DNA of 64,000 bases from Clostridia bacterium (GCA_045588915.1 JAZNFA010000004.1:131707-195706), one strand, 5' to 3'; positions 27,626 through 37,221 are shown, numbered from the stretch's first letter. Notes: a model not told the origin generated them from the letters alone. Numbers and translations are program-made.

Positions 27626-28548
27626 GCCTTACCTCCCATACGTTCAATGAAATAATCTTCCATATTTTCCGTTGTGTAAGTTAATTCTTGCACATCAATC
27701 TCGTGTTTTACTAGTTCACGGTTAATTGCTGCACTATTCAAGTCTTCTTGGTCTTTGATAACAATTTGGATGCGATTACCACTATAAGTAACTTCCCACT
27801 GTGGATTCAACTTCTGTATCAATTTCACGGCTTGTAATGGTTGTTCGGTGACAATGTTCAGTTTATGTTGACAGCGTTGCGTTAATGCATCGGCAGTCGT
27901 TTCTTCCACCAAACGTCCATTATTGATAATGCCATAACGTGTTGTAATCTTTGCAAGTTCATCTAATAAATGACTGGACACAAGGATTGTTACACCCTTC
28001 TCACGATTTAAACGCAATAATAAATCACGAATTTCTTTAATCCCCTCGGGGTCAAGTCCATTGATGGGTTCATCTAAAATTAACAATTCCGGATCACCTA
28101 ACATTGCAATCGCAATGCCTAATCTTTGTTTCATTCCTAACGAAAACTTACCGGTTTTCTTTTTACCTACATCACCTAAGCCAACAAATTGCAATAATGC
28201 TTGTAAGTCTTGGTGTTCGGCATTGGCTAAAATGGCAAAACGTTGCAAATTCTCATAAGCCGTACAATTTGCATAAAAAGCTGGCGCTTCAATCAAAGCC
28301 CCAATCCGACGTCGTACAGCATTCAAATCATCACTTCCAAACAATTGTAAGCTACCGTGATTGGGGTGAGACATTCCCAATAACAATTTCATCAAAGTTG
28401 TTTTACCGGCACCATTCTTGCCAATAAAACCATAAATATCACCCTGCGCAACGTGCATTGACACAGCATCTAAAACTGTCTTTTTCCCATAAACCTTAGT
28501 TAAGTCTTTGGTTTCAATAACGTAAGCATTTTGACTCTCTGTACTCAT
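27622..28548 (-). CDS. ABC transporter ATP-binding protein
   Basis: Walker A GKNGAGKTT, signature FSLGMKQR, Walker B LLILDEP. The start at 28548 (MSTESQ) was chosen over the track's extension. Confidence 0.9.
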   Translation of the reverse strand: MSTESQNAYVIETKDLTKVYGKKTVLDAVSMHVAQGDIYGFIGKNGAGKTTLMKLLLGMSHPNHGSLQLFGSDDLNAVRRRIGALIEAPAFYANCTAYENLQRFAILANAEHQDLQALLQFVGLGDVGKKKTGKFSLGMKQRLGIAIAMLGDPELLILDEPINGLDPEGIKEIRDLLLRLNREKGVTILVSSHLLDELAKITTRYGIINNGRLVEETTADALTQRCQHKLNIVTEQPLQAVKLIQKLNPQWEVTYSGNRIQIVIKDQEDLNSAAINRELVKHEIDVQELTYTTENMEDYFIERMGGKA

Positions 28549-28555
28549 TGCAATA

Positions 28556-28585
28556 ATTTTAAACAAAAGCAAAAACACCTGTCAA
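28556..28585 (-). promoter_or_regulatory. Putative promoter: TTGACA-N18-TAAAAT-N7-ATG (ABC operon)
   Basis: Complement of 28580-28585 is TTGACA and of 28556-28561 is TAAAAT. ATG at 28548, no SD. Confidence 0.5.
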
Positions 28586-28665
28586 CCAAACCTACTGTAA
28601 ATATTTTTCAAATTAAATTAAGCATAATTATTAATTATCTTAACATAATACTGTTAGGAGGAAAT

Positions 28666-28881
28666 ATGGCTATTGCAAACATCATTAGTTTAATTGTGCT
28701 TTTCATTGGTGGGTTAAACTGGGGATTGGTTGGCATCTTCAACTTTAATTTAGTTGATTGGATTTTTGGTGGTTACAACATCGGTTCAATCATTGTCTAT
28801 GTTTTAGTTTTACTTGCCACACTTTGGTTAATCTTCAGCCTCATTTGGCAAGGCTCAATTTACGTCAAAAGAAAATACTAA
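28666..28881 (+). CDS. DUF378-family small membrane protein
   Basis: IGGLNWGLVGIFNFNLVDWIFGG motif, AGGAGG SD 4 nt upstream. The track start (28531) is an extension. Confidence 0.8.
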   Translation: MAIANIISLIVLFIGGLNWGLVGIFNFNLVDWIFGGYNIGSIIVYVLVLLATLWLIFSLIWQGSIYVKRKY

Positions 28882-28883
28882 AC

Positions 28884-28912
28884 AAAAAAAAGATGGTGAT
28901 ACCATCTTTTTT
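28884..28912. terminator. Bidirectional terminator (DUF378 gene / tRNA-Leu)
   Basis: A8 - agatggt gat accatct - T6. Confidence 0.75.
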
Positions 28913-28999
28913 TGGTGCCCAGGATCGGACTTGAACCGATATGGAGTTTCCCCCGAGGGATTTTAAGTCCCTTGCGTCTGCCGATTTCGCCACCTGGGC
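28913..28999 (-). tRNA. tRNA-Leu (anticodon TAA), CCA encoded
   Basis: The reverse complement folds as a cloverleaf. Acceptor GCCCAGG/CCTGGGC, anticodon arm AGGGA-CTTAAAA-TCCCT, long variable arm, GGTTCAAGTCC T-loop, terminal CCA. Confidence 0.92.
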
Positions 29000-29007
29000 G
29001 TATCAGC

Positions 29008-29036
29008 ATTATAGCACTACTCGTTGATGTTGACAA
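29008..29036 (-). promoter_or_regulatory. Putative tRNA-Leu promoter: TTGTCA-N17-TATAAT, 8 nt before the mature 5' end
   Basis: Complement of 29031-29036 is TTGTCA and of 29008-29013 is TATAAT. Confidence 0.5.
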
Positions 29037-29073
29037 GATATTATTTTTACATAATAAAAATTTCGACAATAAG

Positions 29074-29102
29074 TTGCCGAAAGAAGTAAAATATGGAATA
29101 AT
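29074..29102 (+). promoter_or_regulatory. Putative phosphoketolase promoter: TTGCCG-N17-(TGg)AATAAT-N6-ATG
   Basis: TTGCCG at 29074-29079, TGGAATAAT at 29094-29102, ATG at 29109, no SD. Confidence 0.4.
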
Positions 29103-29108
29103 CAAAAT

Positions 29109-31370
29109 ATGAACCAATTTGAAGACTTTACAACCTTGGATCGTTATTTTCGTGCAGTCAATTATTTATCGGCAGCACAACTCTACTTATGTGATAATCC
29201 AATCCTCGAAAGACCACTCACAAGGAACGACATTAAAAATCGTATCTTAGGTCACTGGGGAACAGTTGTCGGTCAAAACTTCATTTATACACATCTCAGC
29301 CGTGCGATTAAGAAATTCGATCAATCGATGGTTTTGTTATCTGGACCTGGACACGGTGGTAATTTTTTTATTGCGAATGCTTACGTTGAAGGCACATACA
29401 GCGAAGTCTATCCTGAATATACACGTGATAAAGCTGGCTTACAAAAATTATTCCGTACTTTTTCTTTTCCTGGTGGCGTTTCTTCACACGTTGCACCTCA
29501 AATTCCTGGCAGTATGCACGAAGGTGGTGAATTAGGATATTCACTGGCTCACGGCTTTGGTGCCGTCCTTGACCACCCCGAATTAGTGGCTGCCGTTATT
29601 GTTGGCGATGGTGAAGCCGAAACTGGTCCATTGTCAGCTAGTTGGTGGGGTTACAAATTCCTAAACCCTGACAAAGACGGACACGTTTTACCAATCGTCC
29701 ATTTAAATGGTTATAAAATTGCAAACCCAACTATATTAGCACGTATTTCGCCACAAGAACGTCAACAATTTTTCGCTGGCTTGGGTTATGAAGCAATCGA
29801 AATTACTGTCGGGACAAATCCAGCCAATATCTTACAAGATCACCAAATGATGGCACAAGCCGTTGATTACTGCTTACAATGCTTACGTAGTAAAAACGGA
29901 AAACATCCTGTGATTATTTTGAATTCACCGAAAGGTTGGACAGGTCCAGCAGTGGTCGACGGGAAAACAATCACAGGAACTTTTAACGCACACCAAGTAC
30001 CTATTGATATGAGTCAACCACACCATTTGCAATTAGTTAGTGAATGGTTGCAATCTTACCGTCCGGCTGAATTGTTTAATCCAGATGGTAGCTTGCAAGC
30101 TGACATACTAAACTTCTGCCCACAAGGTGCGTTACGTTTATCAGCGAATCCATTAACTTACGGTGGCAAAAAATATACACCTTTAAAGTTACCTAAATTA
30201 CAACAATTTTTTGTTCCAACAACGGGATTAGCACAAGATATGAACGTTTTATCAAATTATATTGCTGGCATTATGCAAGCCAACCCCAATACATTCCGTT
30301 TCTTTACGCCTGACGAAGCTAAATCTAATCGTTTATACGGACCATTCAAAATTACCAACCGGGCCTGGCAAGCAACACGCTATCCCAGTGATGACGGACT
30401 CAGCACGGACGGTAGAATTGTTGACGGTATTCTTTCCGAACACGTTTGCGAAGGTATGTTAGAAGCTTACAATTTAACAGGTCGCCACGGTTTCTTTGCG
30501 ACTTACGAAGCTTTTGGACGTGTGGTAGATAGCATGCTTAGTCAACACGCAAAATGGTTAAAACAAGTTCGTAAAATGCCTTGGCGTACTACACTGCCTT
30601 GTTTGAATGTAATTGCTACCAGTCATACTTGGCAACAAGACCACAACGGATACACACACCAAGATACCGGAATGGCAAGTCATTTATTAGACAAAGACCC
30701 AAATGTAGTACGTTGTTACTTCCCTGCCGATGCTAACACATTACTTGCTGTTTTTGAACGTTGTATGCAAGATACGAACAAAATCAATTTAATTACAGCA
30801 TCCAAGCATCCAACTCGTCAATGGCGTACCGGTGCACAAGCAATGGCTGATGTCAAAGCTGGTATTAGCATTTGGTATGATGTTCCAAATCCGGATGTTG
30901 TTTTGGCTTGTATGGGCGACACACCAACCATTGAATGTTTAGCTGCTTTGAAAATTTTACAAGCACAAGCACCACAACTTAAAGTTCGTTTAGTCAATGT
31001 GATTGATGCGGGAATTTTAGGTGGCCGTGAAGACAGTTTAGATGCTACCAATTATGCACGTATATTTACCAACGACAAACCAGTTGTTTTTGTCTCACAC
31101 ACTTATCGCAACTTAATTTTAGCACTAACGGCACACCGACCAAACAGCCATTTCTACACCGTCAAAGGCTACCGTGAATGTGGCGCAATTACGACAGGTT
31201 TTGATATGCGAGTCTTAAACGAAATTGACCGTTTCCACATTGTGAAAGATATTATTGACGCAACGCAACCTAACCCCAACCTAAGCGATGCAATGGACAA
31301 AGAATTGGAAAACCACCGTGCCTACATTTTACAGCACGGCATCGACCCGGACTGGGTAACAAACTTCTAA
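29109..31370 (+). CDS. xfp: Xylulose-5-P/fructose-6-P phosphoketolase
   Basis: GHWGT, EGGELGY, GDGEAETGP, QDHNGYTHQD and the overall XFP layout. 753 aa. Confidence 0.92.
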   Translation: MNQFEDFTTLDRYFRAVNYLSAAQLYLCDNPILERPLTRNDIKNRILGHWGTVVGQNFIYTHLSRAIKKFDQSMVLLSGPGHGGNFFIANAYVEGTYSEVYPEYTRDKAGLQKLFRTFSFPGGVSSHVAPQIPGSMHEGGELGYSLAHGFGAVLDHPELVAAVIVGDGEAETGPLSASWWGYKFLNPDKDGHVLPIVHLNGYKIANPTILARISPQERQQFFAGLGYEAIEITVGTNPANILQDHQMMAQAVDYCLQCLRSKNGKHPVIILNSPKGWTGPAVVDGKTITGTFNAHQVPIDMSQPHHLQLVSEWLQSYRPAELFNPDGSLQADILNFCPQGALRLSANPLTYGGKKYTPLKLPKLQQFFVPTTGLAQDMNVLSNYIAGIMQANPNTFRFFTPDEAKSNRLYGPFKITNRAWQATRYPSDDGLSTDGRIVDGILSEHVCEGMLEAYNLTGRHGFFATYEAFGRVVDSMLSQHAKWLKQVRKMPWRTTLPCLNVIATSHTWQQDHNGYTHQDTGMASHLLDKDPNVVRCYFPADANTLLAVFERCMQDTNKINLITASKHPTRQWRTGAQAMADVKAGISIWYDVPNPDVVLACMGDTPTIECLAALKILQAQAPQLKVRLVNVIDAGILGGREDSLDATNYARIFTNDKPVVFVSHTYRNLILALTAHRPNSHFYTVKGYRECGAITTGFDMRVLNEIDRFHIVKDIIDATQPNPNLSDAMDKELENHRAYILQHGIDPDWVTNF

Positions 31371-31388
31371 AACTAAAACTAGACAAAT

Positions 31389-31421
31389 AAAAACACCGTC
31401 GCAACTGTACGGTGTTTTTTG
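31389..31421. terminator. Bidirectional terminator
   Basis: aaaa - acaccgt (9-nt loop) acggtgt - tttttt. Confidence 0.75.
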
Positions 31422-31428
31422 TTTTTGA

Positions 31429-31662
31429 TTATTTCTTTAATTTGCGTGGAATGGCAAATCCAATAAAACCGACCATTACTAACACAATGGCATTACCAGC
31501 AACTTCAAAGAAAGCTAACAATGCAACAACGAAATTGTCGAAATTGAAATCCTTAAAAACTTGTGCAAAAGTATCCCACGGATATTTCATACAGATTCCA
31601 ACTAAAACAACTGTTGCAGCAACAAGTACCAAAAATGAAACAATTTTACGTAAAATTCCCAT
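31429..31662 (-). CDS. Small two-TM membrane protein, unknown function
   Basis: 77 aa, AAGGAGG SD, TTGTTATAAT-type -10 upstream. Confidence 0.55.
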   Translation of the reverse strand: MGILRKIVSFLVLVAATVVLVGICMKYPWDTFAQVFKDFNFDNFVVALLAFFEVAGNAIVLVMVGFIGFAIPRKLKK

Positions 31663-31701
31663 TTTTTTCCTCCTTTATTTTTCGACATATTATAACAAAA
31701 G

Positions 31702-31726
31702 AAAAGGGAGTTAGTCTACCCCTTTT
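31702..31726 (-). terminator. Hairpin plus T-tract after the M23-like gene
   Basis: aaaaggg / ccctttt stem with an 11-nt loop, followed by a T-rich tract on the minus strand. Confidence 0.45.
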
Positions 31727-31766
31727 CAATTTTTTGTGTTGTAATTTTTTTCATACTACTTCCCTT

Positions 31767-32390
31767 TTATTTATTATCTGTGCCTGGAAATTCAACAAAG
31801 TTTTCTGGATTAACTGGTTTTCCGTTTTGATACATCATTAAACGTACGTGTGGCATTTCAAATACTTCATAGTTTGCCGAGTTACCAACTGTACCGATAC
31901 GATCACCACTTTTCACTTCATCACCAACGGCAACATCAATCGTATCTAAACTACTATAAACCGTCTCTACACCGTCCTTATGTTGAATTCGAACTAACTT
32001 ACCTGTTGTTGCATCGCCGCTTTCAACTACCGAAGTCACTTTACCGTTGTAACAAGCAACAACATTTGTGCCTGATGTTGCACCAATCGTATAACCCAAA
32101 TCGTATTCATACCACTTAGTTGTATTGTTGTATTGCACCATATCAAAATCAGCTGCTTTTAAAATGGTCACGGCAGACTGATCAACTGGCATTACCCATG
32201 AGATTGTTTGTGGCACAGATGGACCACCAACCAAGTTACTGTTGTTTTTGACTAACTCTTCATTTGGTCGAACAAAACTGAGTGCGATAAAGGTTGTGGT
32301 AACACCTAACATTAGTACAACCAAAAGAGTACTAATTGCGATTGCGTTGCGACGTGTTTTTTCCATTTGTGTTGCTGTGCGAATGTCCAT
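31767..32390 (-). CDS. Membrane-anchored LytM/M23-domain protein, probably catalytically degenerate
   Basis: TM anchor. C-terminal GDEVKSGDRIGTVGNS...PHVRLMMYQNGKPVNP resembles M23, but I cannot see the HxxxD and HxH ligands. Start at 32390 (MDIRT) with an AAGGGGG SD. Confidence 0.65.
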   Translation of the reverse strand: MDIRTATQMEKTRRNAIAISTLLVVLMLGVTTTFIALSFVRPNEELVKNNSNLVGGPSVPQTISWVMPVDQSAVTILKAADFDMVQYNNTTKWYEYDLGYTIGATSGTNVVACYNGKVTSVVESGDATTGKLVRIQHKDGVETVYSSLDTIDVAVGDEVKSGDRIGTVGNSANYEVFEMPHVRLMMYQNGKPVNPENFVEFPGTDNK

Positions 32391-32448
32391 TTCTTTAAAC
32401 CCCCTTAGCATAAGTTTTGCCCAACAAAACAAATTTTAAACATTTAAT

Positions 32449-32745
32449 TTAACGTTCAATAAAAGTTGCACAATCAGCACGATCTTTTTCTTCATTATCA
32501 ACAACAGCAATACCATTGGCGCCACAACGACAATTACGATTGTACAAACACGTTGCTGCTGTACAACGCAACGGCACACTATTAGGCATTGTTGGCGCTA
32601 ATTCAGAAGCCAATTCCAAATCTGTTTTGTCTTCGTCTTCTTGGTACGTTTCACAATTTGCACCACGACACACCCAAACTTCATGCGCGTGGCAAGTACC
32701 TGCATGGTTGAATTTACAATTTATTTTTCGACAGCGAATATTCAT
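32449..32745 (-). CDS. DUF1540-domain Cys-rich protein (two repeats)
   Basis: Two C..C....H/C-type units (RCRKINCKFNHAGTCHA ... RCTAATCLYNRNCRCGA). Start at 32745 (MNIRC) chosen over the track's extension. Confidence 0.65.
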   Translation of the reverse strand: MNIRCRKINCKFNHAGTCHAHEVWVCRGANCETYQEDEDKTDLELASELAPTMPNSVPLRCTAATCLYNRNCRCGANGIAVVDNEEKDRADCATFIER

Positions 32746-32779
32746 TATGCAATTATTATGAATTATTATAAAATAAATT

Positions 32780-33232
32780 ATGCAAATATTTTTATTAAAA
32801 GATTTAAAGGGACACGGCAAAGCCGGTGAAATCGTAAACCTAAATGATGGTTACGCAAAAAACTTTGTAATTAAAAACAAAATAGGAAAACCTGTGGACA
32901 ACGCAACACGTAGCGATATGAAAGCCAAGGCTGACAGTGAGGCTTTTAAAAAGCAAACCGAGATTGCTGAAATCCAAGCACAAATTGCGCAAATTAAACA
33001 AACACCAATTACGCTGTACTGTAAAGTTGGTGCTAACCAAAAGTTGTTCGGTAGTATCACAGCAACTGAAATTACCAATGCTTTGGCTGCAAAAGGGATT
33101 AACCTTGATAAACGTTTAATTGTCATCAATGAACCAATCAAAGCTTTAGGTACATATAATGTAAACATCAAGTACAATTATCAATTAACGGGAACAATTA
33201 CCGTACACGTGGAGGAACTCAATGCAAAATGA
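32780..33232 (+). CDS. rplI: 50S ribosomal protein L9
   Basis: MQIFLLKDLKGHGKAGEIVNLNDGYAKNF N-terminus, 150 aa. TATAAA (32767-32772) lies 7 nt before the ATG. Confidence 0.9.
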   Translation: MQIFLLKDLKGHGKAGEIVNLNDGYAKNFVIKNKIGKPVDNATRSDMKAKADSEAFKKQTEIAEIQAQIAQIKQTPITLYCKVGANQKLFGSITATEITNALAAKGINLDKRLIVINEPIKALGTYNVNIKYNYQLTGTITVHVEELNAK

Positions 33233-34253
33233 CAATATTTTTGTCTTAATCCTATCGCTGGAACAATACCAAAATACGAATTTACTTTCACAAAAAATTT
33301 GTGGACGTACAATGACAGAATGGGTTCAACAAGCGACTGCTCCGTTCAAAACCAAGTCAATTATGGTTTCCCCAGAAGATGATATTATCACTTTATTCAA
33401 AGATAATATTACAGGCGCACCTTTTACCGTAGTTACTTACGTTGATATGCCTTTATTAACGACGCAAGATATTTTAGATGCTGTGGATTATTGCTTCCAT
33501 AAAAACGTGCCTGCCGTTAAATTACCACGTGGTTGGGTCTTTAACACTAATTTAGTTGCCGAAAGTGAAACTTTCCCGGTTACCGATTTTATGGCAGCAA
33601 ATAAAGCTAATTATCAAGTTGCGTTCAACAATACACAAATTGCAAAAATTCGTAGTATGTTACAAGAACGGATTAACCAACAACATATCAAAAATGGTGT
33701 TACCATTATCGACCCACAACATACTTACATTGACGCTGACGTTGAGCTACACCCAGACGTTACTTTAGAACCAAATGTCCACCTGTGTGGAAAAACCACC
33801 ATTCACAGTGGCACAACAATTTTAGACGGTTGTCGCATTGACAATGCCGTTATCGGACAAAACAGTCAAGTTGGACCAAATGCTCATATACGCCCCAACA
33901 GCAGTATCGGTAACGGATGTCGCATCGGTAACTACGTTGAAATCAAACGCTCACGTATCGGCGACGGAACAAAGGTTGCTCATATGACTTATGTTGGTGA
34001 CAGTACACTCGGCAAAAACTGTAACGTTGGTTGTGGTGTTATTTTCTGTAATTACAATGGCAAAACAAAAAGTAATTGTATTGTCGGTGATGATGCGTTT
34101 ATCGGCAGTAATTCGTGCTTAGTTGCACCACTTAACGTCGGAGCAAAGACTTACATCGCGGCAGGCTCAGTTATCACAGAATCATTACCAGCAAAGGCAT
34201 TAGGCATTGCACGTGCTCGCCAAGCCATTAAAGAGCATTATGTGACTGAATAA
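33222..34253 (+). CDS. GlmU-like protein: intact left-handed beta-helix acetyltransferase domain, shortened and degenerate N-terminal nucleotidyltransferase domain
   Basis: C-terminal hexapeptide repeats with AHMTYVGD, NYNGKTK and GSNSCLVAP. The N-terminus VLILSLEQYQNT replaces the LAAGKGTRM signature. 343 aa versus about 450. Confidence 0.65.
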   Translation: MQNDNIFVLILSLEQYQNTNLLSQKICGRTMTEWVQQATAPFKTKSIMVSPEDDIITLFKDNITGAPFTVVTYVDMPLLTTQDILDAVDYCFHKNVPAVKLPRGWVFNTNLVAESETFPVTDFMAANKANYQVAFNNTQIAKIRSMLQERINQQHIKNGVTIIDPQHTYIDADVELHPDVTLEPNVHLCGKTTIHSGTTILDGCRIDNAVIGQNSQVGPNAHIRPNSSIGNGCRIGNYVEIKRSRIGDGTKVAHMTYVGDSTLGKNCNVGCGVIFCNYNGKTKSNCIVGDDAFIGSNSCLVAPLNVGAKTYIAAGSVITESLPAKALGIARARQAIKEHYVTE

Positions 34254-34548
34254 TTTTACGAAGACGGTTCACAAAACCACTTTTCGTAATATGCAAAAGA
34301 CCAGCTAATTCTTCGTAAGTCGCATCTGGATTTTCCACACGTACCGTGGCAGTTTCTTGTAATTTAGCACTAAGTTTTTGCAAAGTTCCAGCAGCCTGCA
34401 TTTCTTTAATGATAGCAATTTGATGACTGGCCGCTTTGACCTGTTTGTTAATATTCCCCGTATCACAGTTGGCTGCACGGTTTGCATTATTGCGAATAAT
34501 GCCCATAATGATTTTATCGCACTTTGTTAAATCAGGATTTTTTTTCAT
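34228..34548 (-). CDS. Stand-alone WhiA C-terminal (HTH) domain protein
   Basis: NRAANCDTGNINKQVKAA...LQETATVRVENPDATYEELAGLLHITKSGFVNRLRKI matches the WhiA linker plus HTH region. No LAGLIDADG-like domains are present. 106 aa. Confidence 0.6.
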   Translation of the reverse strand: MKKNPDLTKCDKIIMGIIRNNANRAANCDTGNINKQVKAASHQIAIIKEMQAAGTLQKLSAKLQETATVRVENPDATYEELAGLLHITKSGFVNRLRKIIQSHNAL

Positions 34549-35344
34549 TGACTGCCTTCACAATTTGGTCTAATAGTTTTGCTTTTGGTCGCACAAAAGG
34601 TTTTTCTAAATTGAGAATACAACTTGAATCGTAATCACATAATTTTAAGAAATTATCAACACGGTCCATACGTCCGACGTTTTCGGCTTTGTGTGCATCA
34701 CTGTTAATGACGAACTTCACGCCCATCGCAACCATTCTTTCAAAATCGACAGGACGGAAACTAACTTTTTTGTTATTTAATTCCATCGCTGTACCACGTG
34801 CCACACAAGCTTTCGCCACTTCAATTACATCAACACGGAAGTAACGATTTGGATGCGACAAAATATCAATATTGTTTTTTTCAATCACATTGACAACAGC
34901 TTTGGTATTCTTGCGAATTAAACTTTTCGGTGTCCAGTTAATACCGATGCGACGCATCGCAAACCAAAACATATTTGGTAAATAGTATGTAAAGAACTGC
35001 CAGAATTTTTTGGGTTGCACTGACATATGAATACCACAAACTAAATAATCATATAAACGACGTTCATCGGCGGCGATATCAATATCACCATCCATACCGA
35101 CAACATTACATTCAACGCCGTAGAAAGTTTTGATATTATAAGTTTGCCCCGAACGTAATACTTGCGCTTTGTTCAATAAAGCATTTTCGATACGTTTCTT
35201 TTTGTTGCGCGCACGATAATGTGCGTGGTCAGTAATCCCGACCTCGGATAAGCCACGCTTCTTTGCTGCTGCTACATTTTCATCTATTGTATTTTGTCCA
35301 TCGCTATCTAAAGTGTGTGTATGATAATCACCATAAACTTTCAT
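34532..35344 (-). CDS. PHP-domain metal-dependent phosphoesterase
   Basis: YGDYHTHTLDSDG, ITDHA, SDAH motifs. Confidence 0.75.
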   Translation of the reverse strand: MKVYGDYHTHTLDSDGQNTIDENVAAAKKRGLSEVGITDHAHYRARNKKKRIENALLNKAQVLRSGQTYNIKTFYGVECNVVGMDGDIDIAADERRLYDYLVCGIHMSVQPKKFWQFFTYYLPNMFWFAMRRIGINWTPKSLIRKNTKAVVNVIEKNNIDILSHPNRYFRVDVIEVAKACVARGTAMELNNKKVSFRPVDFERMVAMGVKFVINSDAHKAENVGRMDRVDNFLKLCDYDSSCILNLEKPFVRPKAKLLDQIVKAVNEKKS

Positions 35345-35353
35345 GATGCCTTA

Positions 35354-35383
35354 ATTATAACAAACACGACCAATGTTGGTCAA
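35354..35383 (-). promoter_or_regulatory. Putative promoter: TTGACC-N18-TATAAT-N9-ATG (PHP / mini-WhiA operon)
   Basis: Complement of 35378-35383 is TTGACC and of 35354-35359 is TATAAT. Confidence 0.5.
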
Positions 35384-35421
35384 TCACTAACAAAATTAAA
35401 ATTTTCAACATAAAATGCGTT

Positions 35422-37221
35422 ATGTGTAAAATTAATGGATTTATCAATTTTAACTATACTAAAAAGCAAGCCAAAAACATCATTACTCAAATGAGTCAAC
35501 AAACAAGTGTTATACCACACGAACTCAAAATTTTTAATCATAAAAAAGTCTGTCTCGGCGACCAAGCGTTACACTATACTTATCGTGGTCAAACATATAC
35601 CATTGTTTACCAAGGCGAACTGGACAACCTAACAGCTTTATGTCTTTACCTAAAAAAACACCAAATTCAAATTAAAGACAAAACTGATGCTGAGATTATT
35701 GTTAAACTTTATGCTTTACTCGGCGCAAAAATGCTTCATAAAATACAAGGTAATTTTGCTTTTGCGATTTATGAAAACACACAACAACACCTCTTCCTTG
35801 CACGTGACCAGTTGGGAATTATGCCCTTGTTCTATGCTTTAAATCAAAATAGCTTAGCTTTCTCAGCAAAAATTAGTGCGCTTTTTGTACATCCAACAAT
35901 TAGGCCGTGCGTTAATCTTGACGGCTTACGTGAATTGTTTGGCGTTTGTCCAGCACGAACACCCGGCAAAACCGTTTACAAAAATATTTATGAAATTAAA
36001 CCTGGCGAATATGGGTACTGGCAAAACGGTAAACTAACCACAAAAACTTACTTTAAATTTAAAAGTCAACCTCACACTGACAACGTTAAGACGACCACAA
36101 CGAAGATAAGAAAAATGCTAACAAAAGCTGTCCATCAACACAACAGCAGTCAGCATCGTGTTGGTTTAATGCTGAGTGGTGGTTTAGATTCCAGTGCAAT
36201 CACGGCTTTAGCAGCACAAACACAAACAAACTTAAAAACTTTTTCCGTAGATTATGTCGGCAATCAAGAAAATTTCAAACCAACAGACTTTTCACCGTCA
36301 CGTGACAATTATTACATTGACTTAGTTGCCAAACGATACAAAACGCAACACAACTATCAATTGTTAAATTCAGCAGACCTATCCTTGACACTACACGAAG
36401 CTTTAATGGCCCGTGATTATCCGTCAATGGCTGATATTGATAGTTCTCTCCTGCTTTTTTGCCGAGCGTTAAAAGAACACATTGATGTTTGTTTGAGTGG
36501 TGAATTTGCTGACGAAATCTTTTGTGGATATCCGTGGTTTTACCGACAAGACACACATCAAGCAACAACTTTCCCGTGGGCAATTGATTTAACTGTACGA
36601 GAAAATACTGTTGCCAAACACTTAAAAAGCAAGTTGCAACTGAAAAAGTTTGTGACACAATCTTTTCATAATGCTGTCGCCGAAGTTCCACTTTGCGCAA
36701 CAGATACACCAGCCGACCGTCAGATGAAAATATACAGTTATTTAACCATGCGTTGGTTTGGTTTAAATTTGTTAGAACGTGGCGAACGTATGGCGACACA
36801 ATGCAACTTGCAAATTCGTATGCCGTTTACCAACCTGAAACTAGCACAATATGTTTATAACATTCCGTGGACAATCAAGAATCATAATCATCAAGAGAAA
36901 GGAATTTTACGTACTGCGATGAAAGACCTTTTACCGACGGAAATTCTTAATCGTAAAAAATGTCCTTACCCAAAAACAGTCGACCCCATTTATACTCATT
37001 TAATCGAACAACGAATACGCGCCTTACTGACCGACGAAGAACATCCCGTTTGGCAAATTGTCAATATGGATTACGTCAGTCAAGTCTTAAACGATGCAAC
37101 AACTCATACCACACGCCCCTGGTTTGGTCAGCTTATGCAACGCCCACAATACTTGGCATTTATTTACCAAATTGCAATGTGGTTGGTTGAATATCAAATT
37201 AAATTGGACTTGCCTAACTGA
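35422..37221 (+). CDS. Asparagine synthetase (glutamine-hydrolysing) family protein
   Basis: N-terminal Met-Cys (Ntn amidotransferase), PP-loop SGGLDSS, 599 aa. TAAAAT lies 5 nt before the ATG. Confidence 0.8.
   Translation: MCKINGFINFNYTKKQAKNIITQMSQQTSVIPHELKIFNHKKVCLGDQALHYTYRGQTYTIVYQGELDNLTALCLYLKKHQIQIKDKTDAEIIVKLYALLGAKMLHKIQGNFAFAIYENTQQHLFLARDQLGIMPLFYALNQNSLAFSAKISALFVHPTIRPCVNLDGLRELFGVCPARTPGKTVYKNIYEIKPGEYGYWQNGKLTTKTYFKFKSQPHTDNVKTTTTKIRKMLTKAVHQHNSSQHRVGLMLSGGLDSSAITALAAQTQTNLKTFSVDYVGNQENFKPTDFSPSRDNYYIDLVAKRYKTQHNYQLLNSADLSLTLHEALMARDYPSMADIDSSLLLFCRALKEHIDVCLSGEFADEIFCGYPWFYRQDTHQATTFPWAIDLTVRENTVAKHLKSKLQLKKFVTQSFHNAVAEVPLCATDTPADRQMKIYSYLTMRWFGLNLLERGERMATQCNLQIRMPFTNLKLAQYVYNIPWTIKNHNHQEKGILRTAMKDLLPTEILNRKKCPYPKTVDPIYTHLIEQRIRALLTDEEHPVWQIVNMDYVSQVLNDATTHTTRPWFGQLMQRPQYLAFIYQIAMWLVEYQIKLDLPN

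Noticed and set aside
28878-29117. Track ORFs 28878-29117 (-) and 28912-29112 (+), and likewise 53291-53518 (+)
   Set aside because: They overlap tRNA-Leu and tRNA-Ser and their promoter regions. They have no SD and no plausible protein features.
31727-31765. 12-codon mini-ORF (MKKITTQKIEKG) with an AAGGGAAG SD just after the M23-like gene
   Set aside because: It is too short and overlaps the terminator hairpin. There is no support beyond an SD-like purine run.
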